Origin: a virus
Taxonomy: Duplodnaviria > Heunggongvirae > Uroviricota > Caudoviricetes
Strand: one strand, 5' to 3'
IMG/VR virus record: IMGVR_UViG_3300031555_005217
Span: 7,047-71,046 of that record
DNA length: 64,000 nucleotides
The notes under the pieces are model-generated. The model had not been told where the DNA came from and ran no database searches. It saw only the letters and a list, made by a program, of their open reading frames with translations. Shown piece after piece: positions 62,263 to 64,000 of the stretch (position 1 is the stretch's first letter; every line of letters starts with the position of its first letter). A program made the position numbers and the translations under genes.

Positions 62263-62760
62263 CTACTCAGTATAAGTAACACTATTATGTGAAGTTTCTT
62301 CTACAGTTATTGATAATTTAGTTAATTCAATTCCGGCTTCAGTAAATAATTTATAAAAATCATTATACCATTTATATGCCATATATTCTGCAGTAGGTGC
62401 TTCAGACCATACAAATAATCTAGTAGTATTAATATCTATACCTCTCTTACTATATTCTGTATCATAGAAATTAATTAAAGAATCACCTTCTTTTAGAATT
62501 AAAGAATGATCGTATTGATCCATTTCTGAATGAATAATTTTTTTAATTTTCTTAAAATCCATTACCATAAAATCATCATTCATTTTATTTGTTGAAACTT
62601 CAAAAGTGACAAAATAATTATGTCCATGTATTATTCCTAAGTCATCTTTTGCAAAAACTTCTTTTTCATCTCTGGATACATTACCTACACATAAACCAGA
62701 ATATGCTCCAGGTAATCTATGTGCTATAGGTAATTCAATATTTGTTTTTAATGTAAACAT
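62263..62760 (-). CDS. queD: 6-carboxy-5,6,7,8-tetrahydropterin synthase
   Basis: AHRL, IHGHNY, VMDF, DH, PTAEYMA, VEET. Confidence 0.9.
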   Translation of the reverse strand: MFTLKTNIELPIAHRLPGAYSGLCVGNVSRDEKEVFAKDDLGIIHGHNYFVTFEVSTNKMNDDFMVMDFKKIKKIIHSEMDQYDHSLILKEGDSLINFYDTEYSKRGIDINTTRLFVWSEAPTAEYMAYKWYNDFYKLFTEAGIELTKLSITVEETSHNSVTYTE

Positions 62761-62788
62761 ATTTTAGCTACTTCCTTTCAATTTTATG

Positions 62789-63877
62789 TTAATTTATACA
62801 ATCTTTTAATATCTCATTTAAATCTTCTTCTAAAGATTCCATATGATCTTCATAAATAACTTGTAAAGCTTCTTCTTTACTCATATTTTTACATAGTTTA
62901 TTAAATTCTGAAATTATACCTGCATTATAATCATTATCATACCAATGCTCTGAAATATCTGCATCACATTTAAAAGGAACTTTAACACTATCTTCTGCAC
63001 AAGTTTTCATATCATAAGTTAAAAGTTCAGCTACTCTATCTACATTCTCTTTAGGACATTCGCCAATTAATTCATCATGTACACCAATACATAATCTGAA
63101 TCCTAAATCTTTTAATTCTTGATCGGCATATATTTTATTCATTGCTTTTTTAGTCATTGTAGCTGCAGAGCCTTGAATTCTTGCATTTACACACTGTCTT
63201 TGAGCTTGAGATACGAAACCACTATTATCGTGAATCTCAATGCCTTTTGTTAATGCTTCAGCTTGAATCTGTTCGTATTGTTTACGACCTTTAATATTCT
63301 CTAATTTCTTTCTATACATATCAACCAATTTACTTTCAGTTTGTCTATTTTGACAACCTATAAAAGGATTAAAATTAGCATTAGAAGTACTATTAATATC
63401 TTTAATCTCATATTTAGGAAGTAGAATATCAGGTAAACGTCTTCTTCTACCTCATAAATCTTCTACATAACCATTTTTCTTTGCAAATTCTTCTGAAGCA
63501 TCCATCCAAGCTTTTACTTTAGGAAAGCTTTTATAAAAGTCATTTACAATTTTCTGTGCTTCCTCAATTGTACCATTAATTTGCTCAGCAATTGAAGCTA
63601 CACCTCTTCCATACATTATTCCCAGTAACAAGCTCTTGCAGCTTCCTCTTCGTTTTTTACCTTCAGCATTTAAACTTCCATCTGGATACGTTTCTAAGTT
63701 ATCTTCATATTTATTATTATATACTCCCATTGCAATTGTAGCATATAAATCTTTACCATTTAAGTAAGCATTTATCATATTATCATCTTGAGAAAATTGA
63801 CTTAAAAGTCGAGGTTCCTGTTGTGAGAAATCGGAACCAACTAAAGTATATTTAACTTTTACATCTAATTCTAACAT
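62789..63877 (-). CDS. polA: Family A DNA polymerase, C-terminal polymerase domain encoded as a separate ORF (362 aa, 1 TGA)
   Basis: Motif A GSDFSQQEPR, motif B KSLLLGIMYG, L-W-GRRRRLP (TGA 63452), RIQGSAA, motif C GVHDE; GGAGG SD and TAATG overlap with the upstream ORF. Confidence 0.9.
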
Positions 63878-63999
63878 TAATTATCCTCCAATACAATAAA
63901 TTTAAAAGTAAGATAATTAGGTTTTGTTTCTTTAATATCTATTACCTTTAAAAGAACTTTAGTATCTTCTTTCTTACTTAATATAATATCATTAACACA
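63877..63999 (-). CDS. 3' end of upstream ORF (possibly the N-terminal polymerase part or an inserted gene)
   Basis: Reads ...CVNDIILSKKEDTKVLLKVIDIKETKPNYLTFKFIVLEDN*; stop overlaps the polA-C ATG. Confidence 0.55.
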   Translation of the reverse strand, partial: CVNDIILSKKEDTKVLLKVIDIKETKPNYLTFKFIVLEDN

Positions 64000-64000
64000 T

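Noticed and set aside
60177-62760. Folate or tRNA-queuosine biosynthesis as the purpose of folE/queDEC
   Set aside because: No downstream folate genes, queA or canonical tgt; the adjacent DpdA-like gene points to DNA modification.
1-64000. Suppressor tRNA-Trp(UCA), release factor, rRNA or CRISPR array
   Set aside because: No cloverleaf with a TΨC arm, RF motifs or regularly spaced repeats were seen in the short intergenic regions. The TGA-decoding factor, if phage-encoded, must lie outside this window. tRNAscan-SE or ARAGORN would confirm.

Overview
The window is a 64 kb segment of a large, very AT-rich myovirus-type (contractile-tail) phage genome. It reads TGA as Trp (genetic code 4), so the supplied code-11 ORF track fragments many genes; coordinates below are re-called with TGA=W. 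From left to right: (1) 1-14.1 kb, minus strand: baseplate, tail fibre, tape measure, tube and sheath module, plus a GT2 glycosyltransferase. (2) 14.2-31.2 kb, plus strand: recombination/repair and unknown genes (PD-(D/E)XK nuclease, SbcCD, RecA, two resolvase-like genes, a catalytically dead peptide deformylase, a degenerate GT/AsnB-like cluster). (3) 31.3-47.9 kb, plus strand and TGA-free: QueF-like + YhhQ, a four-gene NAD salvage operon (NadM-like, NadE, PncB, PncA), tRNA/RNA repair enzymes (Thg1, CCA enzyme, RlaP-like NTase), a DnaX/HolB/HolA clamp loader, TopA and dUTPase. This block is interrupted by one minus-strand late gene with an ART-like fold and an A_AAA_AAG -1 frameshift. (4) 48-64 kb, minus strand: NrdG, a class III RNR split in two by a GIY-YIG/Seg-type endonuclease, an SNF2 helicase, a beta clamp, a 7-deazaguanine DNA-modification cluster (DpdA-like, QueC, FolE, QueE, QueD) and a PolA C-terminal fragment with its own start. 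The most striking observations are the sharp functional partition of in-frame TGA codons, two phage-specific promoter-like motifs (GCTAAATT and ATTGTAT), the complete deamidating NAD salvage route, and the genes-in-pieces NrdD whose endonuclease appears multiply locked. No tRNA, rRNA or CRISPR array was seen. All protein family calls come from motif recognition by eye; no database search was run.
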